From Candidatus Collierbacteria bacterium UBA2277 (lineage in GTDB: Bacteria; Patescibacteriota; Microgenomatia; UBA1400; MFAQ01): 64,000 nt of DNA. The translations under genes were made by a program, and so were the position numbers. How positions within the stretch are numbered: the first letter of the stretch is position 1; each line of letters starts with the position of its first letter. A model generated the notes under the pieces. That model saw nothing but the letters and a program-made list of their open reading frames with translations. It did no database searches and was not told the origin of the DNA. Positions 38,558-48,605 of this stretch are shown piece after piece. Location: assembly GCA_002347045.1 (NCBI GenBank), contig DDWV01000001.1, positions 355,844 to 419,843 on the forward strand, in the 5' to 3' direction.

Positions 38558-39910
38558 TTAAAATCCTGGACCTCCTGGCATACCACCATTTCTGCTGTTT
38601 CCGGTAAAGAGAGTATTCCCTGAAGAGTTTTTTGAGGTTGTTGAACTTGTTTGAGTTGATGATGTAGCCGTTACTATGACATCTCCCTCCGAAAGACCAG
38701 AGATAATCTCGGTTTGGAAATCGTTTGAAGATCCTGTTTCGATAGCGACATCTGTTGTTTTGTCGTCTTTTAGCACTTGAATGTAAGAACCTGTTGTCGA
38801 TGTTTGTATTGCACTGGAAGAAACAAGCAAAACATCAGTTTTTGTAGAAGTAATTATTGTAGCGTTAACCGCCATATTGGTATAGATATCGATAGACGTT
38901 TTATCTAGAAGAATCGTGGCCGAGTAGGCCGTAACACCCGAGCTGACGCTACCGCTTGTATTAACCGCGAGAACTGTACCGGTGAAACTGCTTTCTGGAA
39001 AAGCGTCTAAAGTAAGAGTAACTTTTTGACCTGATTTTACAGTGGTCACATCAACCTCGGTGAGAGAGACTGTAGCTTGATACTGACCCTCAGGATTTTT
39101 GATGGCACCAATTTTTTGAGAATTAACAGAGACGGAGTTGCTGGTGCTATCGGTGCCTGAACTTACGGTAATTGATGATGTTTGAGTGTTGCCAATTGAG
39201 ACCCCAACTGCTAAAGCAAGGTTGTCAATGATTCCCGAAGCGGGTGCATAAACAGTACTGCTTACTTGTTGGTAACTGCGATAGGCGGCGCTGGCCTTTG
39301 CTTGAGCTAATGAGATGTTGGCGTTGGAGATGGAACTATTGGAGACGGCAGCATCATACCCAGCGATAGCCTCTTCGTATTGTTTGTCTACTATCATGAG
39401 TTCAGTATCGGTATATGGATTGCGAGTGGTAGGATTCCATCCACCTGAATGAGCATCTCTTTTGGCATTTTCAGCCTTTTTGAGAGCATCCTTTTTTTGA
39501 AGAACATTGATGGCGTCAATTTCTTTTTGAGTTTCTACGGTTTTGACATTGACTAGGGCTTTTTGATAGTTGTTCCAGGCAGTTGTTTTGGTTTCTTGTC
39601 CTAAGTCATCAAGGTTTATTTCAGCCAATTTTTGATTCTTTGTGACAACATCACCATTTTTTACAAATACCTTACTAACAGTTCCTGTTGAACCTGTTGT
39701 GATGTAAGTCGTGTCTCCTGAGGTGATGGTGCCAGAAGCTGAGATACTGGTCATCAAGGTTCCTATGGTAACTGTTTCGGTGATATAGGAAACTTTGGAT
39801 GTGTTCCCATAATACTTAGTTCCGAAAAATATTCCAAACCCCAGAAGAAGACTTGGAACGGCGATTTTGACCATAAATGGAAGTTTGGCGATTTTAATTT
39901 TTATTTTCAT
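38558..39910 (-). CDS. HlyD/MacA-family periplasmic adaptor subunit (long, Ser/Thr-rich C-terminal region)
   Basis: 450 aa. N-terminal TM. Coiled-coil segment. Beta-rich C-terminus. Context with the ABC pair. Confidence 0.65.
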   Translation of the reverse strand: MKIKIKIAKLPFMVKIAVPSLLLGFGIFFGTKYYGNTSKVSYITETVTIGTLMTSISASGTITSGDTTYITTGSTGTVSKVFVKNGDVVTKNQKLAEINLDDLGQETKTTAWNNYQKALVNVKTVETQKEIDAINVLQKKDALKKAENAKRDAHSGGWNPTTRNPYTDTELMIVDKQYEEAIAGYDAAVSNSSISNANISLAQAKASAAYRSYQQVSSTVYAPASGIIDNLALAVGVSIGNTQTSSITVSSGTDSTSNSVSVNSQKIGAIKNPEGQYQATVSLTEVDVTTVKSGQKVTLTLDAFPESSFTGTVLAVNTSGSVSSGVTAYSATILLDKTSIDIYTNMAVNATIITSTKTDVLLVSSSAIQTSTTGSYIQVLKDDKTTDVAIETGSSNDFQTEIISGLSEGDVIVTATSSTQTSSTTSKNSSGNTLFTGNSRNGGMPGGPGF

Positions 39911-39940
39911 TTATGCGAGTTTAAGAAAAATATCTGAATA

Positions 39941-40954
39941 CTAGCTGAAGTTTTGAGGGAGAGAAACTGTGAAAGTACTACCCTCTCCCGGACTACTTTT
40001 GACCTTGATGCTGCCATGATGATTTTCGACGATCATTTTGGCGATGGATAAGCCTAGGCCAAAACCTGGGGTTGTCCTTCCAGTACGAGAAGTGTCGGCG
40101 CGATAAAAACGATCAAAAATATAGGGTAAATCTTTTTTACTAATACCTAAACCGTGGTCAGTAACAGAAATGTCGATATTTTTGCCAGACTTGACTGCTT
40201 TTACTTGAATGATTTTGGCTGATGGACTATATTTGATGGCGTTGTCAAGAAGGATATCCAATAGACTGTGCAGTTTTTCTTGGTCACCTTTTATCTTGCA
40301 GTTTTGAATTTTCTTATTGATAATTACTCCCTTGTGTTCGGCCTGTGGTCTTATTTTTTCGATTGAGGAGCCTATTAATTTAGAAAGAGAAATATCTTCG
40401 AGATTAAGAGCTCTTTTTTGTTCTTTATTTTTTGAGAGATTGATAAGCGAATCGGATAAATTTTGAAGCCTGTTTATATCTTCGATATTTTCTTTGATTA
40501 GTTTTTTGGCACCTGGGAGAGTCAAATTTTTATCCATTAGTGCCACTTCCATGGAGGACTTAAGAGAAGTGATAGGAGTACGAATTTCGTGAGATGAGTC
40601 AGAAATGAACCTATCTTGTTCGTCAAGGGCTTCTTTGATAGGTTTAAGTGTTTTGCCAGCTAATAAATAGCCAAAACCTCCGGAAATAACAATGATGATT
40701 CCATTTAAAATAGTTAGGTTGATAAGAATTCTTTTTCCTGTTTCAGCTATTAAGTCCGGATCAATTGTAGGTGGTTTGGGAGGTAAGTGTAACACCGTGG
40801 GAAATTGCCTTTCAATCCGAGTCCTTTGAACTTTTGCAAAGCGGTTTACTTCAGACATTTGGATTCTAAAAATGACACCGCTTAAAGTAAAGCAAACAAT
40901 GGTAATGATAAATAAATACCAAGCAGTAAGTTTTATCCTAGCCTTTTGGAACAT
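39941..40954 (-). CDS. sensor histidine kinase
   Basis: 337 aa. Two TMs. H-box SHEIRTP. N, G1 (DHGLGI) and G2 (GFGLGLSI) boxes. Confidence 0.85.
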   Translation of the reverse strand: MFQKARIKLTAWYLFIITIVCFTLSGVIFRIQMSEVNRFAKVQRTRIERQFPTVLHLPPKPPTIDPDLIAETGKRILINLTILNGIIIVISGGFGYLLAGKTLKPIKEALDEQDRFISDSSHEIRTPITSLKSSMEVALMDKNLTLPGAKKLIKENIEDINRLQNLSDSLINLSKNKEQKRALNLEDISLSKLIGSSIEKIRPQAEHKGVIINKKIQNCKIKGDQEKLHSLLDILLDNAIKYSPSAKIIQVKAVKSGKNIDISVTDHGLGISKKDLPYIFDRFYRADTSRTGRTTPGFGLGLSIAKMIVENHHGSIKVKSSPGEGSTFTVSLPQNFS

Positions 40955-40955
40955 A

Positions 40956-41630
40956 TCAGTTTTCTATTTTGTATCCAAAACCCCTAACTGTTTTTATGAG
41001 GGTTTTTTTATTCTTAAATGGTGTTTCAATTTTTTGTCTGAGTTTTCGAATGAAAACTTCTACAGTGTTGGGAAGAATGTCATCGTCATAATTCCAAACA
41101 TGGCTAGTGATTTGTTCTTTGGAAATAATATTTCCGGTTTGGCGCATTAAGTACTCAAGAAGTGAGTATTCTTTTCCAGATAAATTAATTGAGGCACCAC
41201 CTCTTTTTACCTCGAAATTGATAGTATCCAACGTTAGGTCTGCGACTCTTAACTCTGGGTTGTGACCTCCTGGAGGTCGTCGGGTGAGAGCCCTGACTCT
41301 GGCTAGAAGTTCTTCGAAGGAAAAGGGTTTGGTCAAATAGTCGTCAGCCCCTGAGTCAAGACCGGCGATTTTGTCTTCCAACTGACTTTTGGCCGTAAGA
41401 ATAAGAATAGGCGTGTGGATATTGAGTTGACGAAGCTTTTTGCAAATAGTGATTCCATCCATCCCCGGAAGCATAAGGTCAAGTATCAGACAGTCATACT
41501 CTTCTGTTGAAGCTAAATCAAATCCGTCACGACCATCATAGGCGAGATCGACTGCGAACTTTTCCAATTCAAGACCCTTCTTTATTGAAGTGCCAATACG
41601 GTGTTCATCTTCTACAACTAAGATTCTCAT
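40956..41630 (-). CDS. OmpR-family response regulator
   Basis: 224 aa. Receiver (MRILVVEDE...DLMLPGMDG) plus winged-helix (..TVRGFGYK). Confidence 0.9.
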   Translation of the reverse strand: MRILVVEDEHRIGTSIKKGLELEKFAVDLAYDGRDGFDLASTEEYDCLILDLMLPGMDGITICKKLRQLNIHTPILILTAKSQLEDKIAGLDSGADDYLTKPFSFEELLARVRALTRRPPGGHNPELRVADLTLDTINFEVKRGGASINLSGKEYSLLEYLMRQTGNIISKEQITSHVWNYDDDILPNTVEVFIRKLRQKIETPFKNKKTLIKTVRGFGYKIEN

Positions 41631-41726
41631 GTGGCTAGATTATATCGATTTACTGAATTATTGCTGAATATTAAACATTACCGTTGTTTTGATTGCAGGG
41701 GTACATTATCCAAGCTAGAATTACGT

Positions 41727-42749
41727 ATGACCGAAGAAATAAAAAAGACCTCTCTGGATATATTGAAGGCAATCAAAGGGGCAAAAAATGTTTTACTTCA
41801 TTGCCATCCATACGCAGATCCCGATAGTATTGGATCGGTTTTGGCAATGACAATGGTGCTTAAAAATATGGGTATCAGTGCGACTCCAATATCGGGAGAT
41901 TCTAATTACCCTAGTAACCTTACATCTCTCCCCCAGCACGACTTAATTGTTCCGAAAAACTTTACGCAGATTAATGTTAGCGACTTTGATTTGTTTATTA
42001 TTATGGATAGTTCTTCCCCAAACCAAATAACTAAACTCACTGAGGTGGTATTTCCAAAAAGTTTAAAGACTATCGTGATAGATCACCATGTGTCGAACCA
42101 GAAATATGGTGATATTAACCTAGTTGTGAATGATAGCTCATCAACGTGTGAAGTTTTGTTTAACTTGTTTAAGGAATGGAAGGTTGAAATTGACAAAGAT
42201 ATTGCGATTTGTTTGTTTTTGGGAATATTTTCTGACACTGGCGGATTTAAATACCAAGCAACAACAGCTGACACACTTCTGGCCGCTTCAGAGCTGGCGA
42301 GAATAAATGATGGTTTCCCGGACGTAATTTTTGAGATGGAAAACAGTAGAAATGCCCAAGAAATTGAGTTTACCGGATTGGCTTTGTCATCCTTAAGAAA
42401 ATATTTTTCTGGAAGGGTGGTAATGGCAACGGTACCTTTTTCTGATATTGAAAAACTTGGTATTTCCAAAGAACATACTCAGGTTGGAATTGCCAATATT
42501 TTACTGTCTGTTGTGGGTTGGGATATTGCTATTAGTTTGGTGGAAACAGAGCCAAATGTAGTAACAGTCAGTCTGAGAACTAGGGACTCTGAAAAATATG
42601 ATGTTAGCCTGATAGCCATGGCAGTTGGAAAAGGAGGAGGACACAAAGCGGCAGCGGGAACCTCGATTAATGAATCTTTTGAAAAATCGATTGAGATGCT
42701 CGTAGATACGATTGCCACGACTTTCCCTGAACTGGGGAGTGCAGAGTAG
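41727..42749 (+). CDS. nrnA: DHH-family phosphoesterase (NrnA-like bifunctional oligoribonuclease / pAp phosphatase)
   Basis: DHH motifs (CHPYADPDSIGS, DHH at VIDHHVSN) and DHHA1 (GGGH). Start placed at the internal ATG 41727 (MTEEIKK...), because the ORF-track start at 41631 abuts the divergent response-regulator start. Confidence 0.7.
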   Translation: MTEEIKKTSLDILKAIKGAKNVLLHCHPYADPDSIGSVLAMTMVLKNMGISATPISGDSNYPSNLTSLPQHDLIVPKNFTQINVSDFDLFIIMDSSSPNQITKLTEVVFPKSLKTIVIDHHVSNQKYGDINLVVNDSSSTCEVLFNLFKEWKVEIDKDIAICLFLGIFSDTGGFKYQATTADTLLAASELARINDGFPDVIFEMENSRNAQEIEFTGLALSSLRKYFSGRVVMATVPFSDIEKLGISKEHTQVGIANILLSVVGWDIAISLVETEPNVVTVSLRTRDSEKYDVSLIAMAVGKGGGHKAAAGTSINESFEKSIEMLVDTIATTFPELGSAE

Positions 42750-42781
42750 GTTTTTGTTTGGTGCCATAAAAAATCCCCCCT

Positions 42782-43315
42782 CTAGAGATTTTGGCGATGA
42801 ATGCCTTTTACCTTGCCGTTTTGTGGCTGTGTTGGTTTAGTTAAAGGAGCTGGTGCTTGTCTATTTATCTGTTGGTAGATACGGTTTACCGGTCTTTTTG
42901 TAGACCAAATATCATTGAGCCCTAGTGAGTCTATTGCGTAGGCTGATATAAGGACGGAGATAATAAAACCAATCATGATAATCACGAAATTCTTTTTGTA
43001 GGAGAAGTCGTACTTTTTTAACATCCATATTCCCATGGCAGTGCCTGCGGTAGCTAGGAAAGGTACCCATACTGGGAAACTATCAAGCAGTGTCTCTAGT
43101 CGCCATTGGCCCATAGGACCGTGTTTACGTACTAAAAAGAAGGTAAGGTTTGTTAGAAAAACAGTTCCAATACAAATAGCAACCAGACCAACTATTAATG
43201 ATAGTGAGCCCAAAACAAAGTACCAGCGTGGCTTCATGGAAATCTCACTTGACTTCACTTTTGCCATGATGACATTTTCTATATCTATTGGTGTTACTTT
43301 CTGTTTTTTTCGCAT
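42782..43315 (-). CDS. putative anti-sigma factor (membrane protein downstream of ECF sigma)
   Basis: 177 aa. 3-4 TM helices. Overlaps the sigma gene end. Function inferred from context only. Confidence 0.4.
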   Translation of the reverse strand: MRKKQKVTPIDIENVIMAKVKSSEISMKPRWYFVLGSLSLIVGLVAICIGTVFLTNLTFFLVRKHGPMGQWRLETLLDSFPVWVPFLATAGTAMGIWMLKKYDFSYKKNFVIIMIGFIISVLISAYAIDSLGLNDIWSTKRPVNRIYQQINRQAPAPLTKPTQPQNGKVKGIHRQNL

Positions 43316-43842
43316 AGTTTTTTCATGATTTTTTTGGCGCGACTAATTCGAGTACCTACTGTTCCTATTGGTATCCTTAAAATGTCACTTATTTCTTCGT
43401 ATGTCTTTTCGTCTAGAAAAAACAAGGATAGAGGCTCTCTATATAGTATTGGCATTTTGTTTAGACAGTTGTGAGTATGATTGATTAATTCTTTTTTGAT
43501 TAAATCATCCTCAAGGTCAATGCCGCTGTCGTATTCTATTTGATCGTTCATCAAAACATGTTTTTTATTTTTGGATATTAGAGTCATTGCTTCGTTGTGG
43601 ACGATGCGATATATCCAACTGGAGAACTTTTTTTTCGTATTAAAACTATTTAGATTTATATATGCCTTGATAAAAGCTTCTTGGACAGCGTCGGAGGCCA
43701 TGTGATCATCATTTAGAAGATATCTGGCGTAACGTAATAGTTTTTGCTGATATCTAGCGATTATTTCTCTATATATTTCTTTGTCACTATTTCTTACAAC
43801 TTTTACGACAGCTTCGTCTGATAGTTTTGATAAATTTTCCAT
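43294..43842 (-). CDS. ECF-type sigma-70 family RNA polymerase sigma factor
   Basis: 182 aa. Region 2 (DAVQEAFIKAYINLNSF...FSSWIYRIVHNEA). Region 4 HTH (TYEEISDILRIPIGTVGTRISRAKK). Confidence 0.8.
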   Translation of the reverse strand: MENLSKLSDEAVVKVVRNSDKEIYREIIARYQQKLLRYARYLLNDDHMASDAVQEAFIKAYINLNSFNTKKKFSSWIYRIVHNEAMTLISKNKKHVLMNDQIEYDSGIDLEDDLIKKELINHTHNCLNKMPILYREPLSLFFLDEKTYEEISDILRIPIGTVGTRISRAKKIMKKLCEKNRK

Positions 43843-43919
43843 AGGTACTGAATTAGTTTAGCAGTCCTTCCAAAACCCCACTAAAAAAGTGGGGTTAGTG
43901 GAGCTATGTATGAGACGTT

Positions 43920-44291
43920 TTAGCGATTCATACCGCGACCGTTTCCTTGTTTGTTTCCAGAACCATTTTTTAGTCCTAGTCCAAGCTCGGCACGGATAGC
44001 TTTTGCTTCATCTACTTTTCCTTGATCTGCAAGCTTGTGGGCTTCTGCAAACTTGGAGAAGTTTTCAGCGTTGACTACTTTGGTTACTCTTCCATGGCCG
44101 TTTGAGAGAGCCTTCCAAGCATTGTAGTCGTTGGTCTCGAAAGCTTTTTGCATAGCTTCGTGACGTTCGGCTGTGTAGTTTGGACCCTGAACTCCAGGAT
44201 CACCTTTATATGCGAAAACTGCTTGAGGAGCGAGTACTGCTCCTACAAGAGCGAAACTAGATAAGCCTAGTAGCATTGACTTTTTGGTCAT
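43920..44291 (-). CDS. hypothetical secreted protein
   Basis: 123 aa. Signal peptide ..ALVGAVLAPQAVFA. Confidence 0.45.
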   Translation of the reverse strand: MTKKSMLLGLSSFALVGAVLAPQAVFAYKGDPGVQGPNYTAERHEAMQKAFETNDYNAWKALSNGHGRVTKVVNAENFSKFAEAHKLADQGKVDEAKAIRAELGLGLKNGSGNKQGNGRGMNR

Positions 44292-44428
44292 ATGTTTTTG
44301 TTTTTTAATTACTAACTACCAGTAATACTTAAATGGGATGGATTTTATTTCAGGCATCTATGTAAAAGACGATATGCTTTACTAAGTGTTATAGTTTCCG
44401 ATACATTATGTTGTATATAATCTAGGCC

Positions 44429-45481
44429 ATGCTGAGTATTCTATTTTCAATATTATATGTATTCGTTTTTACAGTTTTGATAAGTGATTCTTTTAGAGCC
44501 TTTGACTCAAGCATTAAATTTATTGGGGTTGAGTCAAATTTTTTGGCTGTTGTTTTCCTGACACTTAATATTGTCCTAGCTTTCATGAATGTTTATCAAC
44601 TACCCAAGAAGGTGCTAAGTATCAGTAAAGGAATCTTTTGTATCAGCTCATTCTTATCAGTAATCTTCATACTCCTTGGTTATATTATCGACAGAAATAT
44701 TATTTTTAGACTAACTAATATTCAGGTGGAGAACTTTATAACCCTACCGTTGTTCACTGGTGGAATTTTGTATATCAATTATGCTCCAAGACTAACCAAG
44801 GAAATTATTTGGAAGAAATTAATCTTTTTTATTCCACCCCTATTTTTGTTTACCCTCTTTTTCGTAGATATTTTTGACCCAGAACTTTTTAAAAATATCA
44901 CTTCTGAAGATCGTCTATTTGAAAATGCTCAGTTTCTTTTTTTCTTTTTATCTTCTGCTGTGGCTTTTTTGACTGCGTTATTTTTTTTAAGAAAGAGGTC
45001 TGCCTTACAAGCAGTATTGTTTTTAGGCCTGGCAGTAGGATTATTTTTTATTTCTGGAGAGGAAATATCGTGGGGACAGAGAATAATTGGGTTTGAGACT
45101 CCCTACTATTTTGAACAGTATAATTTGCAAAAAGAATCAACCTTCCACAACATAGGCACTTTCCATAGATATACGCAAATATTTTATATGGTAGTAGGTT
45201 TGTATGGTGCCCTAAGTAGGGTTATATTAACAAAGTTTTTTCCTCGACTTGCCAAACTTTTTTGTTTTATTACTCCACCAACTTTGTTTTTCTTTTACTT
45301 CTTTGCCGTATTCCTATTTTACTTTTTGAACCAGTATCTAACTTTTTACTATGAAATACTTACAACAGCGAGAATGGGTATGGGTAAATGGCAAGAAGTG
45401 GCGGAGTTATATGTGGCTACAGGATTTTTATTGTTCACTCTTTCTGCTTACAAGGAAGCTCGGCAAGACAAGAAATACTAG
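44429..45481 (+). CDS. hypothetical polytopic membrane protein
   Basis: 350 aa, about 10 TM. Conserved-looking GEEISWGQRI loop. Confidence 0.5.
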   Translation: MLSILFSILYVFVFTVLISDSFRAFDSSIKFIGVESNFLAVVFLTLNIVLAFMNVYQLPKKVLSISKGIFCISSFLSVIFILLGYIIDRNIIFRLTNIQVENFITLPLFTGGILYINYAPRLTKEIIWKKLIFFIPPLFLFTLFFVDIFDPELFKNITSEDRLFENAQFLFFFLSSAVAFLTALFFLRKRSALQAVLFLGLAVGLFFISGEEISWGQRIIGFETPYYFEQYNLQKESTFHNIGTFHRYTQIFYMVVGLYGALSRVILTKFFPRLAKLFCFITPPTLFFFYFFAVFLFYFLNQYLTFYYEILTTARMGMGKWQEVAELYVATGFLLFTLSAYKEARQDKKY

Positions 45482-45515
45482 AAAATGTTGCATTGGTTTT
45501 TGTTGTGGTAGCGTA

Positions 45516-47192
45516 TTATTTTTGTATATCTTTTGCCTTGAATTTAATGTTACACATCTTGAAGTATATTTCCTCTAAAAAAAGATTAAGTTTGTACGCA
45601 TCAACAGTAAAAATGTATGCTGCTTTCCAAGATGGCTTTTTGAAGTCATTATTAATAAATGAAACCAATTCTCTAACAGAGTTTACCCCCAAAACTGAAC
45701 TGGCTTTTTGAATCATTCCTACGTAATCACTTGAGATTTCAGTGTCTTGTAACAGAAATGATGTATTTTCACACAACTCATCAATATTCATTGCAAAAAA
45801 ATCATCGACTCTTTGCAAGTGAGGCTCCATGAAAACTTGGCGATCAGTAGCTTCTTTATTATTATATTCGCTAATCAAAGATGACAAGACTCGGATTTTG
45901 GCTTCAACATCTTCTTCAAGATCCTTAATAAATTCGTTTTCAGATTCACCAATTGGTATGTTTGGTAACTCAACCTTGGCTCCGTCTAAATGATTTTTTA
46001 GCATAACTGGCTCACCTAGATATGATTCCATCAATATTTGCATTTCATTATTGATTCTCGCCTCAAAGATATCCGTGGTTTCGTTGTTATTTCTAATATA
46101 ACTATCAAAATCAAATCGCCTAAATTCACTTTCATCCCCTTCAAAAAAGTCATATCTATTAACAGCGGGGAGTCCTTTTTTGTGAGCAAATAAAAATCTA
46201 TCTGGATTGTCAATTGCGTTAACTGTACCAGTCCTCAACTCCTTAATTTGTGTATTTATCCCAAGTCCATACACCCCCTTGCTACGATCAATAACTTTGC
46301 TTATTTTTGATGATAAATCAACCTCTTCTCCAATATTGATATCTTTGTTAAAACCACCAGCTTCTGTGTAAAGCCAAGTTCTATATGCTCCGAGCCCAAC
46401 GATACGATCATTAAATACTTGATTCATCCTATCTTCCATGTGAGCAGCAAAGGCTAGAGAAGGGAATCTTTCGTTTATAAATCTAGGCAGCTCTGCCACA
46501 CTCTTGCATTGAACAATATCTGTATTACTTAAGGCATTAATCGTATTATCGACATATCTTCGGCTCCTACCTCTTGCATCCACCCCACCTGTTTTCATAA
46601 TGTGATTTGCTTTGACTGACTGGTCAGCCTCCCTTTCTGTGTTTCTTTTTACAATTAAGTCACCCAAAATTTTGTAAATTAAACCCATTTTTCTCTGAAT
46701 CTTCCCTTTTTCTGACCCAATTTTTTTTATTGGATACTCGATTTTTGACTTTACCAAATGAACATTAATTTCTTCGTGTTCATCAATAAATTCTATGATA
46801 CCTTTTTCGGTATCGGCGTCAAGCTCACTATTTTGATCGCAGTTTAAAAAAATTAAATACTCGACCTCATCTTGATCAATTGGATTACCAACAAGATCTT
46901 CCTGGCCAACAATCGTATTCTCAAGTAACTTTTTTACTTCATACCCTTCTTTATAGGCAGGAACTCCAATTGATAGCTTGCATTCTGGTTTCATTTTTTC
47001 ACCAATCTGCATATCAAGAGAATCGACTATTTTTTCTACACTCTTGTTAATTAGTTTTTCTTTGGCAATGTACATCTTCTGTACAAGTGATCTGTAGTGA
47101 TCAGCCATGCTAACCCTCTCAATATTTCCTTCTTTTCTTTCTGTAAAACCGTTTACAGGCTGACTGATCTGGTCATCTTCATTTCCTTCCAT
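45516..47192 (-). CDS. hypothetical protein (possible GT-A-like N-terminal region)
   Basis: 558 aa. LSIGVPAYKEG... and LDAD are faintly GT2-like. Otherwise unrecognised. Confidence 0.4.
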   Translation of the reverse strand: MEGNEDDQISQPVNGFTERKEGNIERVSMADHYRSLVQKMYIAKEKLINKSVEKIVDSLDMQIGEKMKPECKLSIGVPAYKEGYEVKKLLENTIVGQEDLVGNPIDQDEVEYLIFLNCDQNSELDADTEKGIIEFIDEHEEINVHLVKSKIEYPIKKIGSEKGKIQRKMGLIYKILGDLIVKRNTEREADQSVKANHIMKTGGVDARGRSRRYVDNTINALSNTDIVQCKSVAELPRFINERFPSLAFAAHMEDRMNQVFNDRIVGLGAYRTWLYTEAGGFNKDINIGEEVDLSSKISKVIDRSKGVYGLGINTQIKELRTGTVNAIDNPDRFLFAHKKGLPAVNRYDFFEGDESEFRRFDFDSYIRNNNETTDIFEARINNEMQILMESYLGEPVMLKNHLDGAKVELPNIPIGESENEFIKDLEEDVEAKIRVLSSLISEYNNKEATDRQVFMEPHLQRVDDFFAMNIDELCENTSFLLQDTEISSDYVGMIQKASSVLGVNSVRELVSFINNDFKKPSWKAAYIFTVDAYKLNLFLEEIYFKMCNIKFKAKDIQK

Positions 47193-47257
47193 GCCTTATT
47201 ACTTTAGCAAAAAATGCGTCAAAATATAAGATATCTCGGAATATTGTATGATTAGTT

Positions 47258-47575
47258 ATGAAATGGAGCTTAAGACTGTTGTATCTATATTTATTTTCTT
47301 TTGTGGGTTTACTCATCGTGGTGATTGGAAGTATTCAGATGGTGAACTTGGGACTGAAGACTTTTGTGTTTAGGGATGTGGATAAATATGAAGTGTATAT
47401 AGATAAAATGGTCCCGGAGTTAGAAAGAGAGTCTGTTGAAGAAATAGAAAAGAGACAAGAGGTGGAAATAAAAAGACAAAGAGAGCGTGAGTTCGTTAAT
47501 TCACTATCAATGATAGTGGTGGGTTTACCTCTATATCTATATCACTGGAAAACGATTCAAAAAACAAAAGCGTAG
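47258..47575 (+). CDS. small hypothetical membrane protein
   Basis: 105 aa. TM helices at both ends with a charged EKRQEVEIKRQRER segment between. Confidence 0.4.
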   Translation: MKWSLRLLYLYLFSFVGLLIVVIGSIQMVNLGLKTFVFRDVDKYEVYIDKMVPELERESVEEIEKRQEVEIKRQREREFVNSLSMIVVGLPLYLYHWKTIQKTKA

Positions 47576-47586
47576 AATATTGATGC

Positions 47587-48549
47587 TTGGCAGTTAAAGC
47601 AAAAAATATGGCAGTTGAAATTGAAAATAAAGATTTTTTAGAAAGATATAGAGAGCAGTTACGTGAAGAAAAATGTTCAAGGTCTTTTGGGGAAGATGAT
47701 TCGGGTGTTTACTGGCAATGCCCTTTGGGTGACTATAGTAAACCAATTTTCTTTTCTGATAATGGTGTGCCAACTCTCACCGGCATTGATAAAATAATTA
47801 GGCGCGAAAATGAACACTCACAAGAGTTGATTGGAGTGGAAAAAAGCATTGGGCATATGGTAAGGGAGCTGTTGCAAAAATCAAAGAAGAGACCTATTTT
47901 GGTGATGGATTTTGGGGGTGGAGTTGGACTGAGTTGGAGTCGCTTGGCTGTGAAGTTTGAAGAGGAGGTTCGTGCCAACGAAGTATATTTTGTGGTTACA
48001 AATATCGAAAAAAATTTTTTAGTAGGGGCTGCGATTGAAAATTGCTATAACAAAGATAGCCAAAAAGATGGTCGGGAAGTAGTAAAGTATGCACACGAAC
48101 AAGGACTTGTAATGCACATAGAGGCTGAGCTTTCAGGTGCCGATAAAGATGATATTAATTCATTGAGACAGTATCGAGTTGAGATTGATCACAAATCTGT
48201 ACCTTTTATTGGAAACGTAGACATCATTCATACAAGAATGTCTTTGGTACACTCCGTGATTCCTGAGATTCACTATCCTAGACTATTTGAACTTTTTTCA
48301 AAGAATGGAGTGTTTCTAGATACTTCTTTTTCGGCAAAAACCCCTGCAACACCAAGTACTTCAGTTGATGATGGCGATTTAATTGACTCTAAGATAAAGC
48401 AAGCAAAATACAATGCATATCAGTATGTAATTAAGAATTATGACATGCAACCAGTAGAGTTTGTAGAATCTGGAGAAAAGGCGGGCGAAAAAATGTTTGC
48501 GACAGTACTAAGGAAGAAAGGTTCGGATTATCCACAAATCTGGGCTTAG
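47587..48549 (+). CDS. hypothetical protein, possible SAM-methyltransferase-like fold
   Basis: 320 aa. ILVMDFGGGVGLSW resembles MTase motif I. Weak. Confidence 0.35.
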   Translation: MAVKAKNMAVEIENKDFLERYREQLREEKCSRSFGEDDSGVYWQCPLGDYSKPIFFSDNGVPTLTGIDKIIRRENEHSQELIGVEKSIGHMVRELLQKSKKRPILVMDFGGGVGLSWSRLAVKFEEEVRANEVYFVVTNIEKNFLVGAAIENCYNKDSQKDGREVVKYAHEQGLVMHIEAELSGADKDDINSLRQYRVEIDHKSVPFIGNVDIIHTRMSLVHSVIPEIHYPRLFELFSKNGVFLDTSFSAKTPATPSTSVDDGDLIDSKIKQAKYNAYQYVIKNYDMQPVEFVESGEKAGEKMFATVLRKKGSDYPQIWA

Positions 48550-48605
48550 AGCTAAAGTAGGAGTCAAGTATAATGATAGGGTTGGTTTTAATTTTTAATT
48601 TTTGA

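Noticed and set aside
41631-41726. Annotated 5' extension of nrnA starting at 41631
   Set aside because: That start would leave a zero-nt gap to the divergently transcribed response-regulator start. The extension (MARLYRFTELLLNIKHYRCFDC...) is not DHH-like, and the internal ATG at 41727 begins the recognisable domain.
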